From NCBI GenBank assembly GCA_963790025.1, contig CAWBMP010000004.1, forward strand, positions 480,001-544,000: DNA of 64,000 nucleotides, read 5' to 3'. The translations under genes and the position numbers were made by a program. Below, piece after piece: positions 1-8,640 of this stretch; positions within the stretch are counted from its first letter, which is position 1, and every line of letters begins with the position of its first letter. A model generated the notes under the pieces. It was not told where the DNA came from. It made no database searches and worked only from the letters and a program-made list of their open reading frames with translations. This stretch comes from Nitrospirota bacterium. GTDB lineage: Bacteria > Nitrospirota > Thermodesulfovibrionia > Thermodesulfovibrionales > Dissulfurispiraceae.

Positions 1-67
1 GCAACACTGGTACGGTATCCGGGATTTCTGCTTCCTTTGTTTCTTCTTTATCGCTGACTTCAGCCAT
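1..67 (-). CDS. lon: N-terminus of a probable Lon (La) ATP-dependent protease, running off the left edge
   Basis: ATG at 67 with GGAGG RBS at 76-80; translates MAEVSDKEETKEAEIPDTVPVL, typical of the Lon N-terminal IPxxLPVLP; directly downstream of an Hsp20 gene, a common pairing. Confidence 0.5.
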   Translation of the reverse strand, partial: MAEVSDKEETKEAEIPDTVPVL

Positions 68-105
68 CTTTGATTCCTCCATACCTTATAAGCACCCCCA
101 AATTT

Positions 106-199
106 GTATATGGATATATGGGTTTATGGGTATATGGGTTTATGACTATAAGACCAGTGGACCCACATCTCCCATTCACCTCATATGCTCATTCACTCT
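106..199. repeat. Degenerate 8-mer tandem array with an inverted partner array
   Basis: GTATATGG ATATATGG GTTTATGG GTATATGG GTTTATGA at 106-145; complementary-sense units (CCATTCAC, TCATATGC, TCATTCAC) at ~162-199. Confidence 0.7.
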
Positions 200-570
200 T
201 TTGCTCGTTTAACGGTAATTGCTATGGGCCTCAGTTCCAGCTTCGGAAACCTGATGCTTATAACGCCGCTCCCGCAGCATGCATTTCCTTCAGCGGTATG
301 CACGGGGAGAGGAAATTTTATCACCCTTCTGAAGCCCCTCATGCCGCGCTCCATGCAAATATAGTTAAGACCGGCATCATTTTGGGCATCGTTTTTTATC
401 CCTTCAATTATCAGCACGTCCCCGTATGCCACTATGGATACATCCTCAGGTCCTACGCCCGGCAAATCAATTTCAAAAACAAGTTCGCTTCCTGTTTCAT
501 AAAGGTCTATCAGCGGCCAGACAGACGATTCAGCGTGATATAAACAGAGCCTTTTTTGTACACTTTTCAT
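193..570 (-). CDS. Hsp20/alpha-crystallin family small heat-shock protein
   Basis: P-x-IDLYET...EIDLPGV...ERxxxxFRRxIxFP...GVISIRFPK motifs. Confidence 0.85.
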   Translation of the reverse strand: MKSVQKRLCLYHAESSVWPLIDLYETGSELVFEIDLPGVGPEDVSIVAYGDVLIIEGIKNDAQNDAGLNYICMERGMRGFRRVIKFPLPVHTAEGNACCGSGVISIRFPKLELRPIAITVKRAKE

Positions 571-1436
571 ACTACTTTCAATTTCTGCATAAGGTATTGC
601 CTGAAGTCCTCAGATAATTCCTTATTTCTGAGCGCAAAGTCAACAGTTGCCTTCAAATATCCCAACTTGTCGCCCGCATCATACCTGTCACCTTTTATCA
701 AATACCCATAGATTACCCGTCTGTTCAGCAATTCCTTCAGAGCATCGGTAAGCTGTATTTCGCCTCCGGCGCCGGGCTTCTGTTTTTCGAGAATATCAAA
801 AATATCCGGTGTAAGGATATATCGTCCTATTATAGCTAAATTCGAAGGGGCTTCCCCTGGTTTCGGCTTTTCAACCAGATTTTTTATTTTATATACATCC
901 CCGTCGAGCACCCCGTCAATAACACCGTACCGGTGGACATCGGATTTGGGCACCTCTTGAAGGGCGATGACAGGGCATTGCCGTTCATCGTACACCCGCA
1001 TCATATCACGAAGCAAGGGGCATGCGGGATCTATTACGTCATCGCTCAGTATTACAACAAAGGGCTCGTCTTTGACAAACGGTTTGGCACAAAGGATAGC
1101 GTGCCCCAGTCCGAGCGCAACACGTTGCCGGATATAAGCAAAGTTTATATGGCTGAGCTTATTGATCTCCTCAATCAGTTTTTTTTTGCCCGACTTCCTG
1201 AGTGTATCTTCCAACTCATAGGCAGAGTCGAAATGGTCCTCAATGGCACGTTTATATTTACCTGTTATAACAACAAACTCTTCTATCCCGCAGGATATGG
1301 CCTCTTCAACCGCGTACTGGATCAGCGGCTTATCAATTATGGGCATCATCTCTTTGGGGGATGCCTTGGTAGCAGGCAAGAAACGAGTGCCCAAACCTGC
1401 CGCAGGTAATATTCCCTTTGTTATGCTTCGTTTCAT
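567..1436 (-). CDS. galU: UTP--glucose-1-phosphate uridylyltransferase
   Basis: PAAGLGTRFLPATKASPKEM, LGLGHAI, VEKP, GEIQLTDA motifs. Confidence 0.97.
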   Translation of the reverse strand: MKRSITKGILPAAGLGTRFLPATKASPKEMMPIIDKPLIQYAVEEAISCGIEEFVVITGKYKRAIEDHFDSAYELEDTLRKSGKKKLIEEINKLSHINFAYIRQRVALGLGHAILCAKPFVKDEPFVVILSDDVIDPACPLLRDMMRVYDERQCPVIALQEVPKSDVHRYGVIDGVLDGDVYKIKNLVEKPKPGEAPSNLAIIGRYILTPDIFDILEKQKPGAGGEIQLTDALKELLNRRVIYGYLIKGDRYDAGDKLGYLKATVDFALRNKELSEDFRQYLMQKLKVV

Positions 1437-1478
1437 GGCAGCTATCTCCTCAATAATACTTTGCTTGCCGCGTAATAG

Positions 1479-1563
1479 TGCCGGAGACGAGACTTGAACT
1501 CGTACGAAACCAGGTTTCGAGGGATTTTAAGTCCCTTGCGTCTGCCAATTCCGCCACTCCGGC
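1479..1563 (-). tRNA. tRNA-Leu (anticodon TAA), CCA not encoded
   Basis: Minus strand GCCGGAGTGGCGGAATTGGCAGACGCAAGGGACTTAAAATCCCTC...GTACGAGTTCAAGTCTCGTCTCCGGCA; long variable arm; followed by CTA rather than CCA. Confidence 0.95.
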
Positions 1564-1642
1564 ATACATAATGAGCCCCGGGAAGAAAAAATTTTACACT
1601 ACTGTATTACCATACTAAAAAACAAAGGAAAGTGCAACATTA

Positions 1643-1815
1643 TGGTAGTGGGTCATTTTGTTTTTGCTCTGGATCACCTGGGTTATCAGTAGTGGGCTGG
1701 TAACGCCCAGCCCACATATCGAGAAATGGCTGCCAGAGATAATCTTCAGTACATGCCTGTGATTGGAAACGAGAGACTATTTGAGCCAGAGCAAAAACAA
1801 AATGACCCACTACCA
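1643..1815. mobile_element. MITE-like element with 30-bp perfect terminal inverted repeats
   Basis: TGGTAGTGGGTCATTTTGTTTTTGCTCTGG at 1643-1672 and its exact reverse complement at 1786-1815; no coding capacity inside. Confidence 0.75.
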
Positions 1816-1899
1816 ACTGATCCAGTACCTATTTTTTTTAAGATATAATAATATAATAACAAAAATAGCTGATGAGGAATTATTTGGGAGGATTATTGC

Positions 1900-3288
1900 A
1901 TGCTGGACGACGGATTTTTACAAGAGCTACTAAAAAGGACCCTTTCACATGGCGGAGAATATGCCGATATTTTTATAGAACACAGAGAGACAACATCCAT
2001 ACAGTTAGAGGACAACAGAATTGAAAAAGTCATCTCCGGTTCTTTCTCAGGCATAGGCATCCGTCTTATCTATAAAGGAAAAACAGCCTATGCCTTCAGC
2101 AATGATTTTTCAAACGATGTCCTTTTAGACCTGGCGGCCACAGTCAGCAAGGGGGGCGCCGATTCCACCCGGGATGTCGTCATCGACATGAAACAGCTGC
2201 GGCCCGAGAGAAATATTTCAGTCAGGGTCCCTCCCGGATCTGTGCCGCTCGACAAAAAAATTGCCATGGTAACGCGGGCCAATAATGCCGCCAGGTCTCT
2301 GGACCCCAGGGTCAAACAGGTGAACATTATATACAGGGACTCGCTGCAGAAAGTCAAAATCGCGGCATCAGACGGCATCCTGGCAGAGGATGAACGCACC
2401 TACACCCTGGGCATGGCCCACATTATCGCAATGGACGGGGCTTCAGTTCAGACCGGGTATGAGACTGCAGGAGGGCTTATAGGACACGAACTGTTTGAGA
2501 CAGAACCCATGGATGAGCTTGCTGAAACAGCCGCCCGCAGGGCAGTCATGCTTCTCGGCGCACGAAAGGCTCCCGGAGGCAGAATGCCTGTCATTATCTC
2601 ATCTTCCGCCGGAGGTACCTTGATCCATGAGGCAATCGGACACGGTCTTGAGGCAGACCTTGCACGACAGGGCCTGTCAGTTTATTCAAAAAAACTTCAT
2701 CAGCGTGTCGCCTCGCCTGTTGTCACTGTTATCGACGACGCAACTCTCCAGAACAAACGCGGATCATTTTTTGTGGATGACGAGGGCGTATCATCGAAAA
2801 AGAATGTATTGGTAAGCGAGGGGATTCTTATGGGCTATATGTATGATAAATACAATGCGTCTATGGATGAAACCAATTCCACCGGCAACGGCAGGAGAGA
2901 ATCGTACGAGCATAAGCCGATACCGCGCATGACCAATACCATGATCGCTCCTGGCAAGCTTTCACCTGATGAAGTGCTCAGGTCGGTCCAAAGCGGCTTA
3001 CTCGTAAAAAAAATGGGCGGTGGACAGGTGAATACCGTAACAGGAGATTTTGTCTTCGATGTCCAGGAGGGGTATCTTATCGAAAACGGAAGTCCGATTG
3101 GGCCTGTGAGGGGAGCCACTCTCGTTGGAAATGGACCAGAGGTCTTATTGTCAATAGATATGGTTGCCTCAGACCTCGGTTTTTCCATCGGCACCTGTGG
3201 CAAAGACGCCCAGGGAGTCCCGGTATCAGATGCAATGCCGACATTGAGGGTCCCCGAGATGGTAGTAGGAGGAGAAGTGGTGTTGTAA
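1900..3288 (+). CDS. tldD: TldD/PmbA family metalloprotease (TldD)
   Basis: HEAIGHGLEAD metal motif, DDEG, GNGRRESY, PRMTNT, CGKxxQxVPV. Confidence 0.93.
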   Translation: MLDDGFLQELLKRTLSHGGEYADIFIEHRETTSIQLEDNRIEKVISGSFSGIGIRLIYKGKTAYAFSNDFSNDVLLDLAATVSKGGADSTRDVVIDMKQLRPERNISVRVPPGSVPLDKKIAMVTRANNAARSLDPRVKQVNIIYRDSLQKVKIAASDGILAEDERTYTLGMAHIIAMDGASVQTGYETAGGLIGHELFETEPMDELAETAARRAVMLLGARKAPGGRMPVIISSSAGGTLIHEAIGHGLEADLARQGLSVYSKKLHQRVASPVVTVIDDATLQNKRGSFFVDDEGVSSKKNVLVSEGILMGYMYDKYNASMDETNSTGNGRRESYEHKPIPRMTNTMIAPGKLSPDEVLRSVQSGLLVKKMGGGQVNTVTGDFVFDVQEGYLIENGSPIGPVRGATLVGNGPEVLLSIDMVASDLGFSIGTCGKDAQGVPVSDAMPTLRVPEMVVGGEVVL

Positions 3289-3358
3289 ATTTGACACAGC
3301 ATCGAAATTTTTCTACACTTTTTTGAAAGCTGCCGTTGTTTTAAACCACTTTATTTAG

Positions 3359-3374
3359 TGGCACGTTACTTGCC
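3359..3374 (+). promoter_or_regulatory. Sigma-54 (-24/-12) promoter for lpxC
   Basis: TGGCACGTTACTTGC matches TGGCACG-N4-TTGC; ~15 nt upstream of the GTG start. Confidence 0.75.
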
Positions 3375-3388
3375 TGAATTAGTCTCCG

Positions 3389-4273
3389 GTGAGACTGCAA
3401 CGGACAATAAAGAAAGAGGCTTTTTTTCAGGGTATCGGCCTTCATACAGGCAAAAATGCGTCGGTACGACTGAAACCCGCCTCACGTGATACAGGCATTG
3501 TATTTTACAGGACTGACAAAGGGACAATAATCAGGGCGCATCTCGCCTCTGTCATCGACACTGCATTTGCAACGACACTGGGCTACGACGGTGCAAAGAT
3601 AAAAACAGTAGAACATCTTCTGGCAGCAGTCGCGGGGCTCGGAATTAACAATCTTCTCATAGAGGTAAGCGGCCCTGAAATTCCCATCCTCGACGGAAGC
3701 TCAACAGAACTTGCCGGAATCATCCTTGACGCGGGCATAGCGAAGCAGGGCAAGAATATGCCATATATAAAGATAAGCAAGCCCGTTGTCTATGAGGATG
3801 CGCATGCGCGGGTAGTGGCACTTCCATTTGACGGTACGCGTATATCGTACTCCATAAATTTCAATCACCATATTGTAGGCCATCAGGAACTGACCTTCGA
3901 CCTTACCGAAAAGAACTTCGTTAAAGAGATTGCCCCTGCAAGGACGTTCGGTTTCCTGAGGGATGTTGAGGCGTTAAGGGCAAACGGCCTGGCAAAAGGC
4001 GGCTCACTCGATAATGCTGTGGTGGTGGGAGACGAAGGTATTTTGAACTCTACAGGGCTCAGGTTCTGCGATGAGTTTGTTCGACATAAGATACTTGATA
4101 CTATTGGAGATATTTCACTCATAGGGTTCCCGGTACAAGGGCATCTGCTGCTTGAGAAGTCGGGTCATACTGCCAACCTGAGATTCATGAAGAAACTTTT
4201 AGCTTCGACTGATTGCTTCCAATTCATTTCTGAAGTTGACCATTTAGGCCAACAAGTTTTAAGCTATCAGTAA
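3389..4273 (+). CDS. lpxC: UDP-3-O-acyl-N-acetylglucosamine deacetylase
   Basis: QRTI, GIGLHTG, TVEHLLAA, EIPILDGSS, ARTFGF, HKILDxIGD motifs. Confidence 0.97.
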   Translation: MRLQRTIKKEAFFQGIGLHTGKNASVRLKPASRDTGIVFYRTDKGTIIRAHLASVIDTAFATTLGYDGAKIKTVEHLLAAVAGLGINNLLIEVSGPEIPILDGSSTELAGIILDAGIAKQGKNMPYIKISKPVVYEDAHARVVALPFDGTRISYSINFNHHIVGHQELTFDLTEKNFVKEIAPARTFGFLRDVEALRANGLAKGGSLDNAVVVGDEGILNSTGLRFCDEFVRHKILDTIGDISLIGFPVQGHLLLEKSGHTANLRFMKKLLASTDCFQFISEVDHLGQQVLSYQ

Positions 4274-4279
4274 AAAAAG

Positions 4280-4337
4280 AGGGAATACCCGATTTTCAAC
4301 CACGCTTGCTTATAAGAAAATCATCTGGGTATTCCCT
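4280..4337. terminator. Probable bidirectional terminator hairpin between convergent genes
   Basis: AGGGAATACCC-GATTTTC ... GAAAATC-ATCT-GGGTATTCCCT flanked by an A-run on the left and a T-run on the right. Confidence 0.6.
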
Positions 4338-4376
4338 AATTTTTTTTACAACTCCTACATCTTGAGAAAACTGTTC

Positions 4377-4448
4377 TTATTTCTTTTTCTTCGCTGCTGC
4401 CTTCTTCGCAGGAGCTTTTTTTGCAGGAGCCTTTTTTGTTGCCGCCAT
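4377..4448 (-). CDS. 23-aa Lys/Ala/Pro-rich histone-H1-like microprotein (MAATKKAPAKKAPAKKAAAKKKK)
   Basis: Not in ORF track; ATG 4448, TAA 4377-4379, strong SD AAAGGGGGTGA just upstream, terminator downstream. Confidence 0.7.
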   Translation of the reverse strand: MAATKKAPAKKAPAKKAAAKKKK

Positions 4449-4509
4449 TCTATTCACCCCCTTTCAGTCCCGGAAGTCTGTCGCAAAGCATATTCCGGGC
4501 CTCCTTTAT

Positions 4510-5055
4510 TTAAACCCTACCCAACAGAGTAAGCCTTTTCTCTGCCAGTATCCGCTTTAAGCTGATATCTTTTTTCTTCTTTGTCTTATAGTCAGATTCC
4601 TCGATAACAGAGCAATTTATTTGTTTACCGAACTTATTTTCGATGTCCTTTAATCCAAACCAAAGCGCAGGTGTTGAAGGACCAATAACAATTAAATCCA
4701 CCGTCGGGGCATCGTCTCCTTCGGCGTACGCTCCGTAAATGAATGCAATGGTCACACCGTTGGCCCTTAAAAGGCTTTTCAGCGCGCCGGGGAGTCCAAG
4801 AGATTTTGCAATAAGACTTTTCAGCTCGGAATACAGGGGGGAGTTATTATTGGCCTGGAAATATTTCAGGTTGGCAACTTTTTCGCTGAACACGATGCCC
4901 ATCTCTTCCAGCTTATCCAGCTCTCTTTTCACTCCTGATGGGTTCTTCCTCAACAGTTTTGCGATCTCCCGCATGTAAAATTTCTCATCCGGGCTATTCA
5001 GTAATAGCGCCAGGACGTCTGCTCGTATGGATGATGAAAATAAACTTTTAAGCAT
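4510..5055 (-). CDS. Winged-HTH protein fused to a degenerate minimal nucleotidyltransferase (MNT) domain
   Basis: LFSSxxRxxxL...FYMREIAK...VKRELDKL N-terminus; AFIYGAYAEG...TVDLIVIG C-terminal domain; start reassigned to MLKSLF. Confidence 0.75.
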   Translation of the reverse strand: MLKSLFSSSIRADVLALLLNSPDEKFYMREIAKLLRKNPSGVKRELDKLEEMGIVFSEKVANLKYFQANNNSPLYSELKSLIAKSLGLPGALKSLLRANGVTIAFIYGAYAEGDDAPTVDLIVIGPSTPALWFGLKDIENKFGKQINCSVIEESDYKTKKKKDISLKRILAEKRLTLLGRV

Positions 5056-5341
5056 GGTTTTTTTCCGTCGCCGTAAATATAAATTTTCCGTTACTATAAA
5101 TATAAACGATGATATATTTTTTGTCAACAACAAAATTACTTTTTAAAACGATAGTTGTTTTTTGTAGAACGTTAGTTTCATAAAAAGGACTTTCCGGCAC
5201 AATGGCACGAGAGACTTAACCTGTGCCAGGGTAGTTTTTTATGAGTGGGATTTGTCTCGACATTTTTGTAGAACAATCGTTTACTGATCTGAATGTTCTG
5301 TTTTAAACGATGAGCTGATTGTTGTTGGAAGCAACCGTTCC

Positions 5342-5956
5342 TCAGATTTCAACTGCACCCTTGCGGAGCACGGTCAGCTCGTCTCCCGACACATCGACAA
5401 TGGTTGAGGGCAATGTGCCGTCTGATTCTCCACCATCGATGATCAAATCGATAGAATCATCAAAGTAATTCGATACCATCGATACATTTTTTCCAGGAGG
5501 CATGCCTGAAATATTCGCGCTGGTCGCGGTAATCGGGAAACCCGTGGCCCTTGCAAGCCTTAGTGCAAACGATTCTCCGGGCATTCTCACCGCCACCTTA
5601 TTATCAGCAACAATGAAATCAGAGAGGCCGCCGCAGGCCTTGAACAGAAGCGTAAGCGGACCGGGCCAGAATTTTCTGATCAGCGGCGCCGCATTTCCCG
5701 GGACACCGTCCGTCAGCATGGCCAACTGCGCCATGTCACCGATGATCAGGGGCATCGCCTTTCCCATAGGCCGATGTTTTATATTGTAGAGCCTCCGCAA
5801 GGCAGGAACGATATCATATTTTGCTCCAAGTCCGTAAAAAGTATCTGTAGAATAGGCGATGATTCCACCCTGACGAAGCACATGGACAGTCTCGGCCAGC
5901 ACTGCTTCCAAGTTCTGACCGGAGAGCTTTATTACCCTTGTCCTTTGATCTTTCAC
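5342..5956 (-). CDS. tsaC: L-threonylcarbamoyladenylate synthase (TsaC/Sua5/YrdC)
   Basis: TDTFYGL, IKHRP, FWPGPLT, VRMP, TSANISG, PSTIVD. Confidence 0.92.
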   Translation of the reverse strand: MKDQRTRVIKLSGQNLEAVLAETVHVLRQGGIIAYSTDTFYGLGAKYDIVPALRRLYNIKHRPMGKAMPLIIGDMAQLAMLTDGVPGNAAPLIRKFWPGPLTLLFKACGGLSDFIVADNKVAVRMPGESFALRLARATGFPITATSANISGMPPGKNVSMVSNYFDDSIDLIIDGGESDGTLPSTIVDVSGDELTVLRKGAVEI

Positions 5957-5959
5957 CTT

Positions 5960-6601
5960 TTACCTATTCTTTAATATCGCTACCGCTATGTCCCTGATAA
6001 AAAAATCCTTCTCATTATGCGCCACCCATCTTAAAAGATGCAGCGCCTCCTTATCACCGATGCGTCCCAAAGCCTCGGTTGATTTCAACCGGACAGCAAA
6101 ATTGCTGTCATTAAGCGCCTTGCCTATATAAGGAACGGCCTCGCGGGCACGGATTTTACCCAGTGATTCTATTGCAGTCTCGCGTATATACATTGTTGAA
6201 TCATCAAGCGCATCGATAAGCGCATTTATTGCCCTGGCATTATTGTAACTGCCGAGTCCAACAGCCCCATGCCACTTTATTGCAGGGCAGGAATCGTTCA
6301 GGCCGTCTACCAGGGAATTGGTGACAACGGGATTTCCACTCGCTCCCAGAACGTCCAGGGCCATGATCCGTATTTGCCAATCTTCATGCAGATCATGAAA
6401 CTCCTCGATAATAGCGTTCAGCGACCTCTCGTCTTTCATTTCTGCGAGATTATGCAAAGCTGCTATCCTTTCCGTTTTGTTGCCATGTCTCAGATCGTTA
6501 ACCAGGCTGTCAAAACTATCTTCAACTGCCGTAGCCTGTCCGGACAGGACAGAAATAAGGGACAGGATGGTCATCAGCACGACGATATATGAATTTGCCA
6601 T
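5960..6601 (-). CDS. HEAT/PBS-lyase repeat protein with N-terminal signal peptide
   Basis: Repeated LxxxLxD...IRxxAxxxLG units; hydrophobic N-terminus ending ATA. Confidence 0.8.
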   Translation of the reverse strand: MANSYIVVLMTILSLISVLSGQATAVEDSFDSLVNDLRHGNKTERIAALHNLAEMKDERSLNAIIEEFHDLHEDWQIRIMALDVLGASGNPVVTNSLVDGLNDSCPAIKWHGAVGLGSYNNARAINALIDALDDSTMYIRETAIESLGKIRAREAVPYIGKALNDSNFAVRLKSTEALGRIGDKEALHLLRWVAHNEKDFFIRDIAVAILKNR

Positions 6602-6712
6602 TTAATAGATTATCACAAATGTAGAAAAAGGTTAGAGGCCTCAAACTATTCTGTTGCGCTGCCGGTCCGCAGAGGGTAAGATAGTAATAAACAACAATGA
6701 TTGGAGGCCCCT

Positions 6713-7642
6713 ATGCCCAGGATTTTTGATGACATCACAAAAACAATAGGAAATACCCCTCTGGTAAAGCTGAACCGCATTGCATCCGGGATGCACGCAA
6801 CAGTAGCGGCCAAATTGGAATCGTTCAACCCGCTCTCAAGCGTAAAAGACCGTATCGGAGCTGCCATGCTGGAAGATGCCGAACGAAAAGGACTCCTGAA
6901 ACAGGGTTCTGTCATTATTGAGCCGACCAGCGGCAATACCGGCATCGCACTTGCGTTTGCCGCTGCCGCAAAAGGATACAAATTAATACTCGCCATGCCT
7001 GATACCATGAGCATTGAGAGAAGACAACTGCTGCAGGTCTTCGGAGCGGAACTGCACCTGACTCCCGGGGCCGAGGGAATGAAAGGCGCGATCAAAAAAG
7101 CGGAGGAACTCCTGAATGCCACGCCCGGAGCATTTATGCCACAGCAGTTCAGAAACCATGCCAATCCCGAAATACACCGGCTCACTACGGCTGAAGAAAT
7201 ATGGAATGACACGGACGGCGCCGTCGACATGCTGGTATCAGGAGTGGGCACAGGAGGGACCATAACCGGGGTCGCCGAAGTCATCAAAAAAAGGAAAAAA
7301 GAGTTTAAAGCAGTGGCGGTAGAACCTGAAACGTCCCCTGTATTGTCGGGGGGACAGGCGGGGCCGCACAAAATACAGGGAATAGGCGCCGGGTTTGTCC
7401 CGGAAGTGCTGAATACGGGCATTATAGACGAGATCATAAAGGTTTCAGACGAAAGTGCCGGCGTCTGTGCGAGGAGACTTGCGAAAGAAGAGGGAATCCT
7501 TGCCGGCATCTCCAGCGGGGCGGCATTATGGGCTGCTCTGCAGGTTGCAGGAAGAAAAGAGAATAAAGGGAAACTGATCGTTGTCGTGTTCCCGGACACA
7601 GGTGAGCGCTACCTTTCGACCTGGCTGTTCAAGGAGGAATAG
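6713..7642 (+). CDS. cysK: Cysteine synthase A
   Basis: [18 protein letters not shown] (PLP lysine), [37 protein letters not shown] before ATG 6713. Confidence 0.96.
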   Translation: MPRIFDDITKTIGNTPLVKLNRIASGMHATVAAKLESFNPLSSVKDRIGAAMLEDAERKGLLKQGSVIIEPTSGNTGIALAFAAAAKGYKLILAMPDTMSIERRQLLQVFGAELHLTPGAEGMKGAIKKAEELLNATPGAFMPQQFRNHANPEIHRLTTAEEIWNDTDGAVDMLVSGVGTGGTITGVAEVIKKRKKEFKAVAVEPETSPVLSGGQAGPHKIQGIGAGFVPEVLNTGIIDEIIKVSDESAGVCARRLAKEEGILAGISSGAALWAALQVAGRKENKGKLIVVVFPDTGERYLSTWLFKEE

Positions 7643-8632
7643 ATTAGGACATTCATACACCATGACGGCGCAATCGGTGACACGCTTCTTTCGTTGCCCT
7701 GCATAAGATTGATCAAAAGAGATTCATCCTTTCTCCATATTGCTGGCCGGCCCGGGCCGGTTCAATTACTGAAAGAGGCCGGGTGCGCGGATGAATTTTC
7801 CGACGCGGGGAGCGGTCATTATTCCTCACTTTATACGTCAACGGCCGGGGAGAATATAAAGAAATTTCTCAAGCGGTTTGACCGTTCTTTCGTTTTCACA
7901 ACTATTCCCGACTCCCAGCTTACTGAAAACATAAAGAAAACCATATCCCGTACCACGCCTGTCATCACTATTCCTCCCGCGGAAACGAAAGAGCATGTGA
8001 CCGAATTCAGACTCAGGCAACTCAGTCCAACTGAATCTCGCAGCCTCCAGCCTCTCCTTGATATTCCCGACAGCTATATTGAAGAGGCAGCCATGCTGCT
8101 CTCTCAGGCGGGATACGTCGCCGGCCCTATGCAGCAGACGATGCCGCTGATTGCACTGCATGCCGGCAGTGGTGGAAAAAGAAAATGCTGGCCCCTTGAA
8201 AATTACCTTGAACTCATGCAAGTCCTGGAGCAGGAGTTCAATCCTTTTTTTATAATATTCTCGGGTCCTGCTGAAGGGCCTGTCATGAAAAACGCATTTG
8301 AGCGCTTTGCAGGTGAGAGAAAGAACTGTCTTCACGCATGCGATAAGCAACTGATTGCTGTTGCGGCGCTTTTTAGTCAGTGCCATCTTTATGTAGGGAA
8401 CGACTCGGGGATCACTCACCTTTCTGCAGCAGTGGGATGTTCAGTGATTGCCATCTTCGGTCCTACCGACCCGTTATTGTGGAAGCCGCAGGGCAGCAAG
8501 GTGCACATTATCTCCCCAGCATCTCCCGCTGGTCTCATTTCAGCTATTACAGTAAATCAGGTATACGAAAAGACTGCGGCAATTCTTGCGGAGACAAACA
8601 AAACTGCAGCAATTACTGAGGAAAGGAAATAA
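7643..8632 (+). CDS. Glycosyltransferase family 9 (heptosyltransferase-like), probable ATT start
   Basis: HHDGAIGD N-terminal motif, HAGSGG..KCWP, GNDSGITHLSAA, IFGPTDP; the motif lies upstream of the TTG called in the ORF track. Confidence 0.85.
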   Translation: MRTFIHHDGAIGDTLLSLPCIRLIKRDSSFLHIAGRPGPVQLLKEAGCADEFSDAGSGHYSSLYTSTAGENIKKFLKRFDRSFVFTTIPDSQLTENIKKTISRTTPVITIPPAETKEHVTEFRLRQLSPTESRSLQPLLDIPDSYIEEAAMLLSQAGYVAGPMQQTMPLIALHAGSGGKRKCWPLENYLELMQVLEQEFNPFFIIFSGPAEGPVMKNAFERFAGERKNCLHACDKQLIAVAALFSQCHLYVGNDSGITHLSAAVGCSVIAIFGPTDPLLWKPQGSKVHIISPASPAGLISAITVNQVYEKTAAILAETNKTAAITEERK

Positions 8633-8640
8633 TAAAACCA

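Noticed and set aside
70..543. 157-aa plus-strand ORF with a YGYMGLWVYGFM repeat
   Set aside because: The repeat is translation of the 8-mer DNA array; the rest is antisense to Hsp20.
6646..7599. 317-aa antisense ORF over cysK, and similar long shadow ORFs (61970-63091, 54492-55139, 48463-49071, 18171-18896)
   Set aside because: They lie opposite well-supported genes and have no motifs; these are codon-bias shadows.
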